This document shows positions 17,940-28,047 of a stretch of DNA of 64,000 bases, piece by piece. Every line of letters starts with the position of its first letter. The first letter of the stretch is position 1. Source of the stretch: a virus (lineage: Duplodnaviria; Caudoviricetes); the IMG/VR virus record IMGVR_UViG_3300020374_000001. One strand, 5' to 3'. The translations under genes were made by a program, and so were the position numbers. The notes under the pieces are model-generated. The model was not told the DNA's origin and made no database searches. It saw nothing but the letters and a program-made list of their open reading frames with translations.

Positions 17940-20246
17940 ATGGTACAAGAAATTATTAACGTAGTGAAACGAGGCATCCGAGGAAAAGAACCTTTAAACA
18001 TTGAAAAGATACACGATATGGTAGAGTATGCTGTTGAAGATATATCAGGTGTATCATCTTCACAAGTTGAAATGCAAAGTGGTCTACAATTTTATGATGG
18101 AATGTCCACAGATGAAATACAACAAATTTTAATTAAGTCTGCCGCTGATTTAATCTCTTTAGAAAATCCTAACTATCAATACGTTGCTGCTAGACTATTA
18201 CTTTATAGTTTAAGAAAACAAGTTATAGATAAACTTTGGGATCACCCACACATATACGAACATACTAAAAAATGTATTGAGAAAGGTGTATATGATCCTT
18301 CTATATTAGAATCATATGAGAAAAAAGATTTTGATAGAATGGAGAACTGGATTAATCACAATAGAGATTATGATTTTACTTACGCAGGATTAAGACAAGT
18401 CATTGACAAATATCTAGTACAAGATAGATCAAGTGGTGAAGTTTTTGAAACACCACAATTTATGTATATGATGATTTCTGCTACACTATTTGCTAAGTAT
18501 CCTAAAAATAAAAGAATGTCATATGTTAAAAAATACTATGACGCAATATCTCAATTTAAAATAAACATACCAACACCAGTAATGGCAGGTGTAAGAACAC
18601 CTATTAAACAATATGCAAGTTGTGTATTAGTTGATGTTGACGATACTTTACCAAGTATCTTTTCAAGTGATATGGCAATTGGTAGATATGTTGCTCAAAG
18701 GGCAGGTATCGGTATCAATGCAGGTAGAATAAGAGGTATCAATAGTAGAATAAGAGGTGGTGAAGTACAACACACAGGTGTTATTCCGTTTCTTAAAAAG
18801 TTTGAGTCAACCGTTAAATGTTGTACACAAAACGGTGTAAGAGGTGGTTCTGCTACCGTACACTTTCCTATATGGCACCAAGAAATAGAAGACATTATAG
18901 TTTTAAAAAACAATAAAGGTACTGAAGATAATAGAGTTAGAAAATTAGATTACTCTATACAACTATCTAAATTATTTTATGAAAGATTTATTAATGAAGA
19001 AGATATAACTTTATTTTCACCACACGAAGTACCTGAATTATATCAAGCGTGGGGTACACCACAATTTGATGAACTATACGAAAAGGCAGAAAGAAAATTA
19101 TCTGTAACTAAAAAGAAAGTATCAGCACAAGATTTATTTTTTGACATATTAAAAGAAAGAGCAGAAACAGGTCGTATATACATTATGAATATAGATCATT
19201 GTAATGACCACTCATCTTTTAAAGATAGAATAACTATGTCAAACTTATGCCAAGAAATTACCCTCCCTACTGATCCCATACAACACATTGATAAAGAAGG
19301 TGAAATAGCACTATGTATTTTATCTGCTATCAATGTGGGATTAATAAACAAAAGAGAAGAATTAGAACCTTTATGTGATTTAGCAGTTAGGGCGTTAGAT
19401 GAAATTATAGATCATCAAAAGTATCCTATAAATGCTGCTGAAATATCTACAAAGGCAAGAAGAAGTTTAGGTATAGGTTATATCGGACTTGCACATTATC
19501 TTGCTAAAAAAGGTTATAGATACGACCAGAAAATGGCGTGGAGACAAGTTGATAAACTTACCGAGGCATTTCAGTATTATCTATTAAAAGCAAGTAAAGA
19601 AGTTGCACAAGAAAAAGGCAAGTGTGATTACTTTGACAAAACAAAATATTCCGATGGTGTTCTTCCCATAGACACTTACAAGAAAGAGGTGGATGAGATT
19701 GTAAATCGTAATCTAACTTATGATTGGGAGTGGTTAAGGAAAGAAATTAAAGAACACGGCCTACGACATAGCACACTCACGGCCCAAATGCCATCAGAAT
19801 CCTCTAGTGTGGTATCAAATGCTACAAACGGCATTGAACCACCTAGAGATTATTTAAGTGTTAAGAAAAGTAAAAAAGGTCCTTTGAAACAAATAGTACC
19901 TGATTATAAAAGATTAAAAAATAATTATAGTTTGTTATGGGATATGAAAGAGAACGAAGGATATATAAATATCGTTGCTGTAATGCAAAAGTATTTTGAC
20001 CAAGCGATAAGTGGTAATTGGTCATACAATCCTGAAAATTATGAAGACAATCAAGTGCCTGTATCAGTAATGGCACAAGATTTATTGACAACTTATAAAT
20101 TAGGTTGGAAGACTTCTTATTATCAAAATACTTATGACGCTAAAAAAGATATTGACGAACCAGTACACGGAATTGGTTGGATAGATGAAACAAAAGAACC
20201 AGAACAGAAAGAGGAAGACGAGAATTGTGACTCGTGTACAATATAA
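17940..20246 (+). CDS. nrdA: Ribonucleotide reductase class Ia alpha subunit
   Basis: ATP-cone, TPVMAG, ASCVL, SNLCQEI, ALCIL, KTSYY, C-terminal CDSC. Confidence 0.97.
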   Translation: MVQEIINVVKRGIRGKEPLNIEKIHDMVEYAVEDISGVSSSQVEMQSGLQFYDGMSTDEIQQILIKSAADLISLENPNYQYVAARLLLYSLRKQVIDKLWDHPHIYEHTKKCIEKGVYDPSILESYEKKDFDRMENWINHNRDYDFTYAGLRQVIDKYLVQDRSSGEVFETPQFMYMMISATLFAKYPKNKRMSYVKKYYDAISQFKINIPTPVMAGVRTPIKQYASCVLVDVDDTLPSIFSSDMAIGRYVAQRAGIGINAGRIRGINSRIRGGEVQHTGVIPFLKKFESTVKCCTQNGVRGGSATVHFPIWHQEIEDIIVLKNNKGTEDNRVRKLDYSIQLSKLFYERFINEEDITLFSPHEVPELYQAWGTPQFDELYEKAERKLSVTKKKVSAQDLFFDILKERAETGRIYIMNIDHCNDHSSFKDRITMSNLCQEITLPTDPIQHIDKEGEIALCILSAINVGLINKREELEPLCDLAVRALDEIIDHQKYPINAAEISTKARRSLGIGYIGLAHYLAKKGYRYDQKMAWRQVDKLTEAFQYYLLKASKEVAQEKGKCDYFDKTKYSDGVLPIDTYKKEVDEIVNRNLTYDWEWLRKEIKEHGLRHSTLTAQMPSESSSVVSNATNGIEPPRDYLSVKKSKKGPLKQIVPDYKRLKNNYSLLWDMKENEGYINIVAVMQKYFDQAISGNWSYNPENYEDNQVPVSVMAQDLLTTYKLGWKTSYYQNTYDAKKDIDEPVHGIGWIDETKEPEQKEEDENCDSCTI

Positions 20247-21344
20247 ATGAAATCAGTATTTAACAAAGATAAAAATTTAGACGCAACAAAACAATCAATG
20301 TTTTTTGGTCCTGATCTTGCAGTACAAAGATATGATACTATGAAGTATCCTATTTTTGATAAGTTAACTCAACAACAATTAGGATATTTTTGGAGACCTG
20401 AAGAAGTATCTTTACAAAAAGATAGAAACGATTACCTAGAATTAAGAGAAGAACAAAAGTTTATCTTCACATCAAACTTAAAGTATCAAACTATGTTAGA
20501 TAGTGTACAAGGTAGAGGACCTTGTCTAGCATTTTTACCTTTTGTATCTTTACCAGAATTAGAAAGTGCTATTATAACTTGGGACTTTATGGAAACAATT
20601 CATAGTAGAAGTTATACATACATTATTAAAAACTTATACTCACAACCAGGTGATGTATTTGATACTATTATAGAAGATGAAAAAATTGAAAAGAGAAGTA
20701 AGTCAGTAACTAAAACTTATGATGAACTTATTGAATTAGGATATAAATGGGCAACAGATAAAAAAGTTGATCTATATGAACTAAAGAAAAAATTATATCT
20801 TGCAATGGTAACGGTAAATATATTAGAAGGTTTAAGATTCTACGTATCATTTGCTTGTTCATTTGCATTTGGTGAATTAAAAAAACTAGAAGGTTCTGCT
20901 AAGATTATATCATTTATTGCTAGAGATGAAAGTCAACACCTTGCAATGTCGCAAAGAATAATTAACAACTGGAAAGATTTTGAAAACGACAAAGATTTTC
21001 ATAAGATTATAAAAGAAACTGAAAAAGATGTTTATAGAATGTATGATGAGGCAGTACAAGAGGAGAAGCGTTGGGCAACTTACTTGTTCTCTAAAGGTTC
21101 TATGATAGGTTTATCAGAAAAACTATTACATAAATTTGTAGAATATACAGCAAATAGAAGAATGAGAGCAATACAATTAACACCTACTTACGACCAAAAA
21201 ACTAATCCTTTACCTTGGACAGATCATTGGTTAAATAGTAAGGGTACACAAAACGCACCACAAGAAACAGAAATAGAAAGTTATGTAATAGGTGGCATAA
21301 AACAAGACGTTAAGAAAGATCAATTTAAAAAATTTAAATTATAA
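20247..21344 (+). CDS. nrdB: Ribonucleotide reductase class Ia beta subunit
   Basis: FWRPEE, DSVQ, ETIHSRSY, EGLRF, DESQH, APQETE. Confidence 0.97.
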   Translation: MKSVFNKDKNLDATKQSMFFGPDLAVQRYDTMKYPIFDKLTQQQLGYFWRPEEVSLQKDRNDYLELREEQKFIFTSNLKYQTMLDSVQGRGPCLAFLPFVSLPELESAIITWDFMETIHSRSYTYIIKNLYSQPGDVFDTIIEDEKIEKRSKSVTKTYDELIELGYKWATDKKVDLYELKKKLYLAMVTVNILEGLRFYVSFACSFAFGELKKLEGSAKIISFIARDESQHLAMSQRIINNWKDFENDKDFHKIIKETEKDVYRMYDEAVQEEKRWATYLFSKGSMIGLSEKLLHKFVEYTANRRMRAIQLTPTYDQKTNPLPWTDHWLNSKGTQNAPQETEIESYVIGGIKQDVKKDQFKKFKL

Positions 21345-21356
21345 GGAGTTTATATT

Positions 21357-22928
21357 ATGAAAAGTAATAAGATTTTAATAGTAGGTGGTGGAAGTGCAGG
21401 TTGGATGACGGCCGCAACTTTGATTAAGGCATTTCCTGATAGAGATATAACCGTTTTAGAATCACCTAACTATCCTACGGTAGGTGTAGGTGAAAGTACA
21501 ATAGGTAAAGTTAAACAATGGACAAAGTTTTTAGAAATAGACGATAAAGAATTTTTAAAACATACAGACGGTATTATAAAATATAGTATTGGTTTTACAA
21601 ACTTTAATGGTGTAGATAAAGGTGGTCCTAATCAGGCACAATTTCATTATCCTTTTGGCGAAGTTGTAACTAAAGGTACATTAACAAATTATAATGATTG
21701 GTGGATGAAAAAGGCATACAAACCTGAAACACCAGTTTCAGATTATGCAAATTGTTTTGCTCCTGTTATGACATTAGTAAATCAAAATAAAGGTGCAATG
21801 GAATTTATGGGTTTTGAAACTGCTAAAGATTCTGCATATCATTTTGACGCTACTAAATTTGGATTATGGTTGAAAGATCATTATTGTTTACCTAGAGGTG
21901 TTAAACATATATTAGAAGATGTAAAAACTATTGAACAAGATGAAGACGGTATTGTATCTTTAAATAAAAAACATAAGGCAGATTTATATGTTGATTGTAC
22001 AGGTTTTAAATCTATGTTATTAGGTGACGCATTGAAAGTACCGTTTCAACCTATTAAAAATTTACCTAATAATAAGGCGTGGGCAACTAGAATACCTTAT
22101 AGAGATAGAGAAAAAGAATTAAGACCATTTACTAATTGCACAGCATTAGAAAACGGTTGGTCGTGGAACATACCTCTATGGAGTAGAATGGGAACTGGTT
22201 ATGTTCATAGTGATAAATTTGTAGATAAAGAAACTGCTTTAAAAGAATTTAAAACTCATTTAAAAAATACTTGGGGTGGTAATGTAGAAAATTTAGAATA
22301 CAGATATATTAATATGAGAACTGGTATACACGAAAGATTATTTGAAAAAAATGTTGTTGCAATAGGTTTATCTGCTGGGTTTATTGAACCATTAGAAAGT
22401 AATGGTTTATTTTCAGTACACGAATTTTTGATAGAACTTGTAAGAAATTTAAGAAGAGGTGAAATTACACAATGGGATAGAGATAATCATACCTTTGCTT
22501 GTAAAGCAATTTATTCTGGTTTTGAAGAATTTGTAGGATTACATTATGCTATGTCAACAAGAAATGATACGCCATACTGGAAAGCAAATAATAATAAAGT
22601 ATGGGAAGATAGTTTAAGAGATATGAATCCTAAAATGTTTCTTGGATACTTACAGGCAGCATTGCAAAGAGCAAAGTATTATGAATTTCCTGTTGACCCA
22701 ATTGAAAGAAAAGGTAATAGTGGTTTACACTTTATAGCAGCTGGTTGTAATTGGGCACCAGATGATTTACCTAATTCAGTATATCGTGCTCATAAGAGTA
22801 TAAAAGAAATAGCGGAAATTATGAAACCATATATAGCAAGATTAGAAGATCAAAAAAACGCTTGGATAAGTGAAGCGTCAAAACTTCCTAGTTACGAAGA
22901 ATTTATAAAGACAAACTACTATGATTAA
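21357..22928 (+). CDS. prnA: Flavin-dependent tryptophan halogenase family protein
   Basis: GGGSAGW, VGVGEST, conserved Lys (IIKYSI), WSWNIP, GFIEPLES. Confidence 0.88.
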   Translation: MKSNKILIVGGGSAGWMTAATLIKAFPDRDITVLESPNYPTVGVGESTIGKVKQWTKFLEIDDKEFLKHTDGIIKYSIGFTNFNGVDKGGPNQAQFHYPFGEVVTKGTLTNYNDWWMKKAYKPETPVSDYANCFAPVMTLVNQNKGAMEFMGFETAKDSAYHFDATKFGLWLKDHYCLPRGVKHILEDVKTIEQDEDGIVSLNKKHKADLYVDCTGFKSMLLGDALKVPFQPIKNLPNNKAWATRIPYRDREKELRPFTNCTALENGWSWNIPLWSRMGTGYVHSDKFVDKETALKEFKTHLKNTWGGNVENLEYRYINMRTGIHERLFEKNVVAIGLSAGFIEPLESNGLFSVHEFLIELVRNLRRGEITQWDRDNHTFACKAIYSGFEEFVGLHYAMSTRNDTPYWKANNNKVWEDSLRDMNPKMFLGYLQAALQRAKYYEFPVDPIERKGNSGLHFIAAGCNWAPDDLPNSVYRAHKSIKEIAEIMKPYIARLEDQKNAWISEASKLPSYEEFIKTNYYD

Positions 22929-23097
22929 GACAAACAAACATTGTTCCAATTGCAACACTAAATATAGCGTAAGTTGGGACGAAGATAAAAACGACATAGA
23001 ACCTTGGACTTGTCCTTTCTGTGGATATGAAGTAGAAGATGAGGAAGATAGTGAACACGAAATACCAGAAGAGGCAGACCACGATAGTTGGAATTGA
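22921..23097 (+). CDS. 58-aa zinc-ribbon protein (not in ORF track)
   Basis: CSNC...CPFCG plus acidic tail. Confidence 0.65.
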   Translation: MIKTNKHCSNCNTKYSVSWDEDKNDIEPWTCPFCGYEVEDEEDSEHEIPEEADHDSWN

Positions 23098-23611
23098 TTA
23101 TAGTTTGACCAGTCCTTGTGTCTGTGTCAATGATGGAGAGAATATTATGTTTTATTATTTAACAAAGAAAAAGAAACACCTAGGCAAAATTGCTGATAAT
23201 ATTATAGGTGAAGAACATAAAGAATACAATACACCAATAGAAAGATTTTCTAATATCTCTAGTTGGGTCGTATCTAAATTACCAAAATCAATCAAAGTTT
23301 TTATAGAAGGATATTCCTTCGGTTCAAAAGGTCAAGCACTATTTCAAATTGCTGAAAATTGTGGTATATTAAAATATAGATTACAAGAATTAAATATACC
23401 TTACGATACTATTGTACCTAGTGTTGTTAAAAAAGGTGCAACAGGTAAAGGTAATGCTGATAAGGATATGATGTACGAAGCATTTTATAAAGAAACTAAT
23501 ATTGATTTGAAAAAATTATTTGATACTGATAAAGTAGGCAACCCTATATCAGATATTGCAGATAGTTATTTTATACAAAAGGTAGGTTATGAAAATAGCA
23601 ATAGTAACTAG
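23051..23611 (+). CDS. RuvC-like Holliday junction resolvase
   Basis: GIDYSLTSP, FIEGYSFG, KKGATGKGNADK, DIADS; GTG start assumed (23039 alternative). Confidence 0.75.
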   Translation: MNTKYQKRQTTIVGIDYSLTSPCVCVNDGENIMFYYLTKKKKHLGKIADNIIGEEHKEYNTPIERFSNISSWVVSKLPKSIKVFIEGYSFGSKGQALFQIAENCGILKYRLQELNIPYDTIVPSVVKKGATGKGNADKDMMYEAFYKETNIDLKKLFDTDKVGNPISDIADSYFIQKVGYENSNSN

Positions 23612-24374
23612 TCTTAATAGAAAACTATACGATTATTACGCACATAGATTTTACAAGACATATAATTGGCCGTTTGATTGTTATATTTACCACGAAGGTT
23701 GGATACCTGAAATTGATCCAATGAGAAATATCTTCCATAGAGATATACACGACACAAATCCTACCCTTAAAAAATTTGCAGAAAGAAACGAAAATAGAAA
23801 TCAGTTTAGTACAATAAGAGGTACTGATAATAGTCAGATAGTATATGGTTTAGATTTTATTAAAGACGCAATAAGATTTAGTTATAAAGTATATGCAAAG
23901 ACACACTTAATGCTAGAAGGTAATTATGATTATGTATTTTGGATAGACGCAGATGTAGTATTTAAAAGAATGATGACCGAAGAAATAATATTGAGAGATA
24001 TACTACCTGAAGATAAAACTATTTGTTACCTAGATAGACCTGCCCCACCATTTTATCCTGAATGTGGATTTGTAGGTTATAATCTAACTAATAAACATAC
24101 ACAAAGATTTGTACAAGAATTAAGAAACACATACGAACAAGATTTACTTTTCAATGAAAAACAATGGCACGATTCATATGTTTGGAATGAAGTAAGAAAA
24201 AGAACTTTGAATGGTCAACCTCAAATGGATTTGACAGGTAGAAGAAAAGATGGTCACGTGTGGCCAGAATCAATAATCGCACCTTACACGGCGCATTTAA
24301 AAGGTAAAAGAAAAAAAGATGCTGGTGTTGATGAACGAGATAAACAAGTTAATGAAGGAGATTATAATGACTAA
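23589..24374 (+). CDS. Glycosyltransferase (GT-A)
   Basis: RFSYKVYA, WIDADV DxD motif, WHDS, HLKG. Confidence 0.7.
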   Translation: MKIAIVTSLNRKLYDYYAHRFYKTYNWPFDCYIYHEGWIPEIDPMRNIFHRDIHDTNPTLKKFAERNENRNQFSTIRGTDNSQIVYGLDFIKDAIRFSYKVYAKTHLMLEGNYDYVFWIDADVVFKRMMTEEIILRDILPEDKTICYLDRPAPPFYPECGFVGYNLTNKHTQRFVQELRNTYEQDLLFNEKQWHDSYVWNEVRKRTLNGQPQMDLTGRRKDGHVWPESIIAPYTAHLKGKRKKDAGVDERDKQVNEGDYND

Positions 24375-24663
24375 TTTGTATTTAGGTGGAGAAGATTTAC
24401 CTGATGATTATACAGACGAGAATGGTGCTCAGTATAATATAGAAAATAAAGAAGATGTAGATAGAGATACACACGACCACGATATGACTTATGAAAATGA
24501 AGGCAAAAGAGATTTAAGTCCTATGGTTAGAATATCAGTTGCTGAATATGATAAATTAAGAGATCAAACTAAATATATTACAGACCCTACTTTAATAGGA
24601 TACATAGATAAGATGGAGTTTTTCTTAAAAGAAATAAGAAAACATATTGTTAGGAAATATTAA
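24367..24663 (+). CDS. Hypothetical protein
   Basis: GAAGGAG RBS before ATG 24367. Confidence 0.5.
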   Translation: MTNLYLGGEDLPDDYTDENGAQYNIENKEDVDRDTHDHDMTYENEGKRDLSPMVRISVAEYDKLRDQTKYITDPTLIGYIDKMEFFLKEIRKHIVRKY

Positions 24664-24980
24664 TGGCATACGAATACGATTCAAACTCAAAACCTAAAAT
24701 GACTAAAGAAGAATCTGATAGATTGATGAAAGAGTTTTTAGAAAGAGGTGGTAAAGTAGAGAAATGTGAACCAGGTTATCCTTTGAATGTAGGTAGTTTA
24801 GATAAAAGTAAAAAACCTGCTTGGACTAGACAAGAAGTAAAAGAGGGTAGAGCAAAAGGTAATGCACCTATGCCAGACTTAAGCACATATAAACCAGGAT
24901 CGTACCACGATTATGATGTAGGGGGAGATAAACCACCACGTTGGGAATATCAACCTAAAAATAAGATGGCAGGTAAATAA
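24663..24980 (+). CDS. Protein with SutA-like RNAP-binding motif
   Basis: LMKEFLERGGKVEKCEPG. Confidence 0.45.
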   Translation: MAYEYDSNSKPKMTKEESDRLMKEFLERGGKVEKCEPGYPLNVGSLDKSKKPAWTRQEVKEGRAKGNAPMPDLSTYKPGSYHDYDVGGDKPPRWEYQPKNKMAGK

Positions 24981-25651
24981 TGATTAGAGTTTTTATAGGA
25001 TATGATGATAATGAAAAAGTAGCATTTAGTGTATTGAGTCATAGTTTACTTAAACACTCAACACAACCTATTGCTATTACACCAATAAGATTACAAAATA
25101 TAAAAGATGTATTTGTAAGAGAAAGATTAAAGATACAATCAACAGAATTTGCTTTTAGTAGATTTCTTGTACCTTATCTATGTAACTATTCAGGACACGC
25201 AATCTTTATGGATTGTGATATGTTATCTAGGTCAGATATATCAGCATTATGGAGACAAAGAACTACGAAGTATGCTGTTCAATGTGTACAACACGATTAT
25301 ACTCCTACTAGTACGGTAAAGTTTTTAAATCAACCACAAACACCTTACCCTAAAAAGAATTGGTCTAGTATGATGATATTTAATAATGCTAAATGCACAG
25401 CACTTACACCAGATTATGTTAATAGTGCCTCAGGATTAGAACTACATCAATTCAAATGGTTAGAGAATGAAGATTTAGTAGGTAAGGTTGACGAAGAATG
25501 GAACTGGTTAGTAGGTGAGTATGAACATAATCCACACGCAAAATTAGTACACTATACCGAAGGTGGACCATACTTTAAGAACTACAAACATTGTGATTAT
25601 TCCGAAGAATGGTTTGACACATTTAAAGAAACAACAAGAACGGATATGTAA
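24980..25651 (+). CDS. GT8-like glycosyltransferase
   Basis: FIGYD, STEFAFSRF, FMDCDM, KNWSS, WNWL, HYTEGGP. Confidence 0.8.
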   Translation: MIRVFIGYDDNEKVAFSVLSHSLLKHSTQPIAITPIRLQNIKDVFVRERLKIQSTEFAFSRFLVPYLCNYSGHAIFMDCDMLSRSDISALWRQRTTKYAVQCVQHDYTPTSTVKFLNQPQTPYPKKNWSSMMIFNNAKCTALTPDYVNSASGLELHQFKWLENEDLVGKVDEEWNWLVGEYEHNPHAKLVHYTEGGPYFKNYKHCDYSEEWFDTFKETTRTDM

Positions 25652-26163
25652 TGGATAATTTATACGAGATATATTTGGAACAAGCAAAGTTAATGCACAA
25701 GGATCCAAAAGTATGGAAAGGGCATATGATAAAAAGATATATGCCACAGATAAAAGAAATAATAGAAAAACATAATGTAGATACAATACTAGACTATGGT
25801 TGTGGTAAGGCACAACATCATCCAGATGGTTGGAATAGTTATAAGTATGACCCAGCAGTACCTCAATTTGAAAAGAAACCAGAGGCAGGTCGTAAGTTTG
25901 ATTTAGTAATTTGCATAGATGTATTAGAACATATACCAGAGGCAGATTTACCTAGAATAATAAAAGAGATATTTGATTATTCAGGCAAGTATGTATTTGC
26001 TACTGCCGCTGTTAAAGAGGCAGGTAAAACATTACCTAATGGTATGAACGCTCACGCAACGGTACAACCTGAAGAATGGTGGAGAGAATTATTTAAACCA
26101 TATGAAGGTAGATTTACTTTAGATTTTACAACTAAAAAACCTACGAAGAAAAAGAGATATTAA
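25651..26163 (+). CDS. Class I SAM methyltransferase
   Basis: LDYGCGK, YDP, DVLEHIP. Confidence 0.85.
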   Translation: MDNLYEIYLEQAKLMHKDPKVWKGHMIKRYMPQIKEIIEKHNVDTILDYGCGKAQHHPDGWNSYKYDPAVPQFEKKPEAGRKFDLVICIDVLEHIPEADLPRIIKEIFDYSGKYVFATAAVKEAGKTLPNGMNAHATVQPEEWWRELFKPYEGRFTLDFTTKKPTKKKRY

Positions 26164-27155
26164 TGAAGACTATTGCCGTCTATGCTAATACCTGTGCTCT
26201 AGGTTCATATAAAGAATTATGGCCAAAAGCATTTTATCAAGGTCTACAACATCATCAATCAGATTGGCACTCAACATATGTAACTAATAGAAAACTTAAT
26301 GACTCTGAATATGCCTGGTGTTTTGCATATCAAGTTAAAGGTGATATTAAACAAAGTGATACAAGTCATAGAAGACAAATCATAGACAAATACGAACCTA
26401 CTGGTAAGATATTCTTTTTAGATTCAGATGTATTAATATCATATGATGGATTTGAATTAGATAAACCTAGAATAAAAGCAATGACATTAGCAAATAAAAG
26501 ATGGACAAGACAACCTTATTCAAGTATATACGCTAATAAAGGTGCAACATATTTTGAAAAAGAATTTATAGAAGGTGCAATGAATCGTTGGGAAGAGATT
26601 AAACATCATAAGAACATAGAAGTTAAACCTTATAACGGTAAAGGTGAACATATATTAATTACTTGCAATAGAGGAACTGAAGGTTACTCAGCAGAAAAGA
26701 AAAATGCAACAGAATATGCTATAGAAACAATAGAAGAAATAAGACGATATTCAAAACGACCTATCATAGTTAGATTTCATAGAGCATTATCAGGCACACA
26801 ACAAAAAGATTTTGATAGATTAACTAATTATATAGGAGATAGAAAAGACATAACAATTCAATCAAAAGCAAACAATAATTATCCAGATATTGTACCTGTG
26901 ATAAAGAATGCTTATGCTGTATGTACTTGGTCATCATCTTCAGCGACACCAGCAATATGTGAAGGTAAACCATTGTACGTAAAATCTAAAAATTGTTTCT
27001 TTTATGATATGAATAGTGGTGATATAAAAGATATTGAAGAACCTAATATAAAGGACAAAAGAGATAAGTGGTTTGCTAATTATGCTGCTACACATTATAA
27101 TTTAAAAGATTTAAATACTGGATACTATTTTGGTAAAGTTAAAAATTTGATATGA
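26163..27155 (+). CDS. Capsule-biosynthesis (KpsS/KpsC-like) glycosyltransferase-like protein
   Basis: C-terminal IIVRFH...AVCTWSSSSATPAICEGKP. Confidence 0.5.
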   Translation: MKTIAVYANTCALGSYKELWPKAFYQGLQHHQSDWHSTYVTNRKLNDSEYAWCFAYQVKGDIKQSDTSHRRQIIDKYEPTGKIFFLDSDVLISYDGFELDKPRIKAMTLANKRWTRQPYSSIYANKGATYFEKEFIEGAMNRWEEIKHHKNIEVKPYNGKGEHILITCNRGTEGYSAEKKNATEYAIETIEEIRRYSKRPIIVRFHRALSGTQQKDFDRLTNYIGDRKDITIQSKANNNYPDIVPVIKNAYAVCTWSSSSATPAICEGKPLYVKSKNCFFYDMNSGDIKDIEEPNIKDKRDKWFANYAATHYNLKDLNTGYYFGKVKNLI

Positions 27156-27156
27156 T

Positions 27157-28047
27157 ATGGTTATTTGCGTTGATAGAGTTAGAAAAAAAACAGATAAATT
27201 TTTAGATACAATTTATAAATCAAATCCTAAAAATGAATATGTTAAAAGTGATACAATAGATGTATCAGTTAAGACACCTCGTGTTGTTAGAGGTATTACT
27301 CGTATAGATTTAATTAAACAATTTTTAGATAACAATATAGATTTTTATTATATTGATACAGGATATATGGGTTGTTATCCTAAAAAACTTTGGCATAGAT
27401 TTACAAAGAATAATTTTCAAACATTAGATCATCTAAACTACAAACAATTAGATTTCTTAACAGACATAAATTTATTGAAAAAAAGATTTCGTAAAATTAT
27501 GATGGTTGATTATGATAGTTATAAACCTAAAAGACCAGTAGAAGGTGATAGTATATTAATAATACCACCATCAGCAAAAGTATTAAGATGTTTGACCGTA
27601 ATGAAACATACAGATTTCACACAGGAACAATACATTGATTATATAACTAAAGAGATTAGAAAATATACTGATAAGAGAATTGTTGTTAGACAGAAACCTA
27701 ATAGAGATGAAAGAACTAGATCAGGTCAGAATTTAAAAGATCAATTAAAAAGAGATAAAGTACATTGCCTTGTAGCATTTAATAGTATCGCTGCTTTTGA
27801 GGCAATACAAGAAGGTTACCCAGCAATAACATTAGGACCAAATGCTGCTAGTTTTTTATCAGAAAAAGAATTAAAGAATGTAGATAAACCTTATTTTGCA
27901 GATGATGATAAGATAAGAGAACATAGTTTATATCTTTCAGCGTGTCAGTTTCAAATGGAAGAATTTAGAAATGGATATGCAGTAAAACAAATAGAACAAT
28001 TACAACACGATCAAACATATAATTATTTTAAATTTAAATGCCAATAA
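27157..28047 (+). CDS. KpsS/KpsC-like glycosyltransferase-like protein
   Basis: YIDTGY, VVRQKP, LVAFNSIAAFEAIQEGYP. Confidence 0.5.
   Translation: MVICVDRVRKKTDKFLDTIYKSNPKNEYVKSDTIDVSVKTPRVVRGITRIDLIKQFLDNNIDFYYIDTGYMGCYPKKLWHRFTKNNFQTLDHLNYKQLDFLTDINLLKKRFRKIMMVDYDSYKPKRPVEGDSILIIPPSAKVLRCLTVMKHTDFTQEQYIDYITKEIRKYTDKRIVVRQKPNRDERTRSGQNLKDQLKRDKVHCLVAFNSIAAFEAIQEGYPAITLGPNAASFLSEKELKNVDKPYFADDDKIREHSLYLSACQFQMEEFRNGYAVKQIEQLQHDQTYNYFKFKCQ

Noticed and set aside
17940-21344. Introns or inteins in nrdA/nrdB
   Set aside because: Both ORFs are continuous and of normal length
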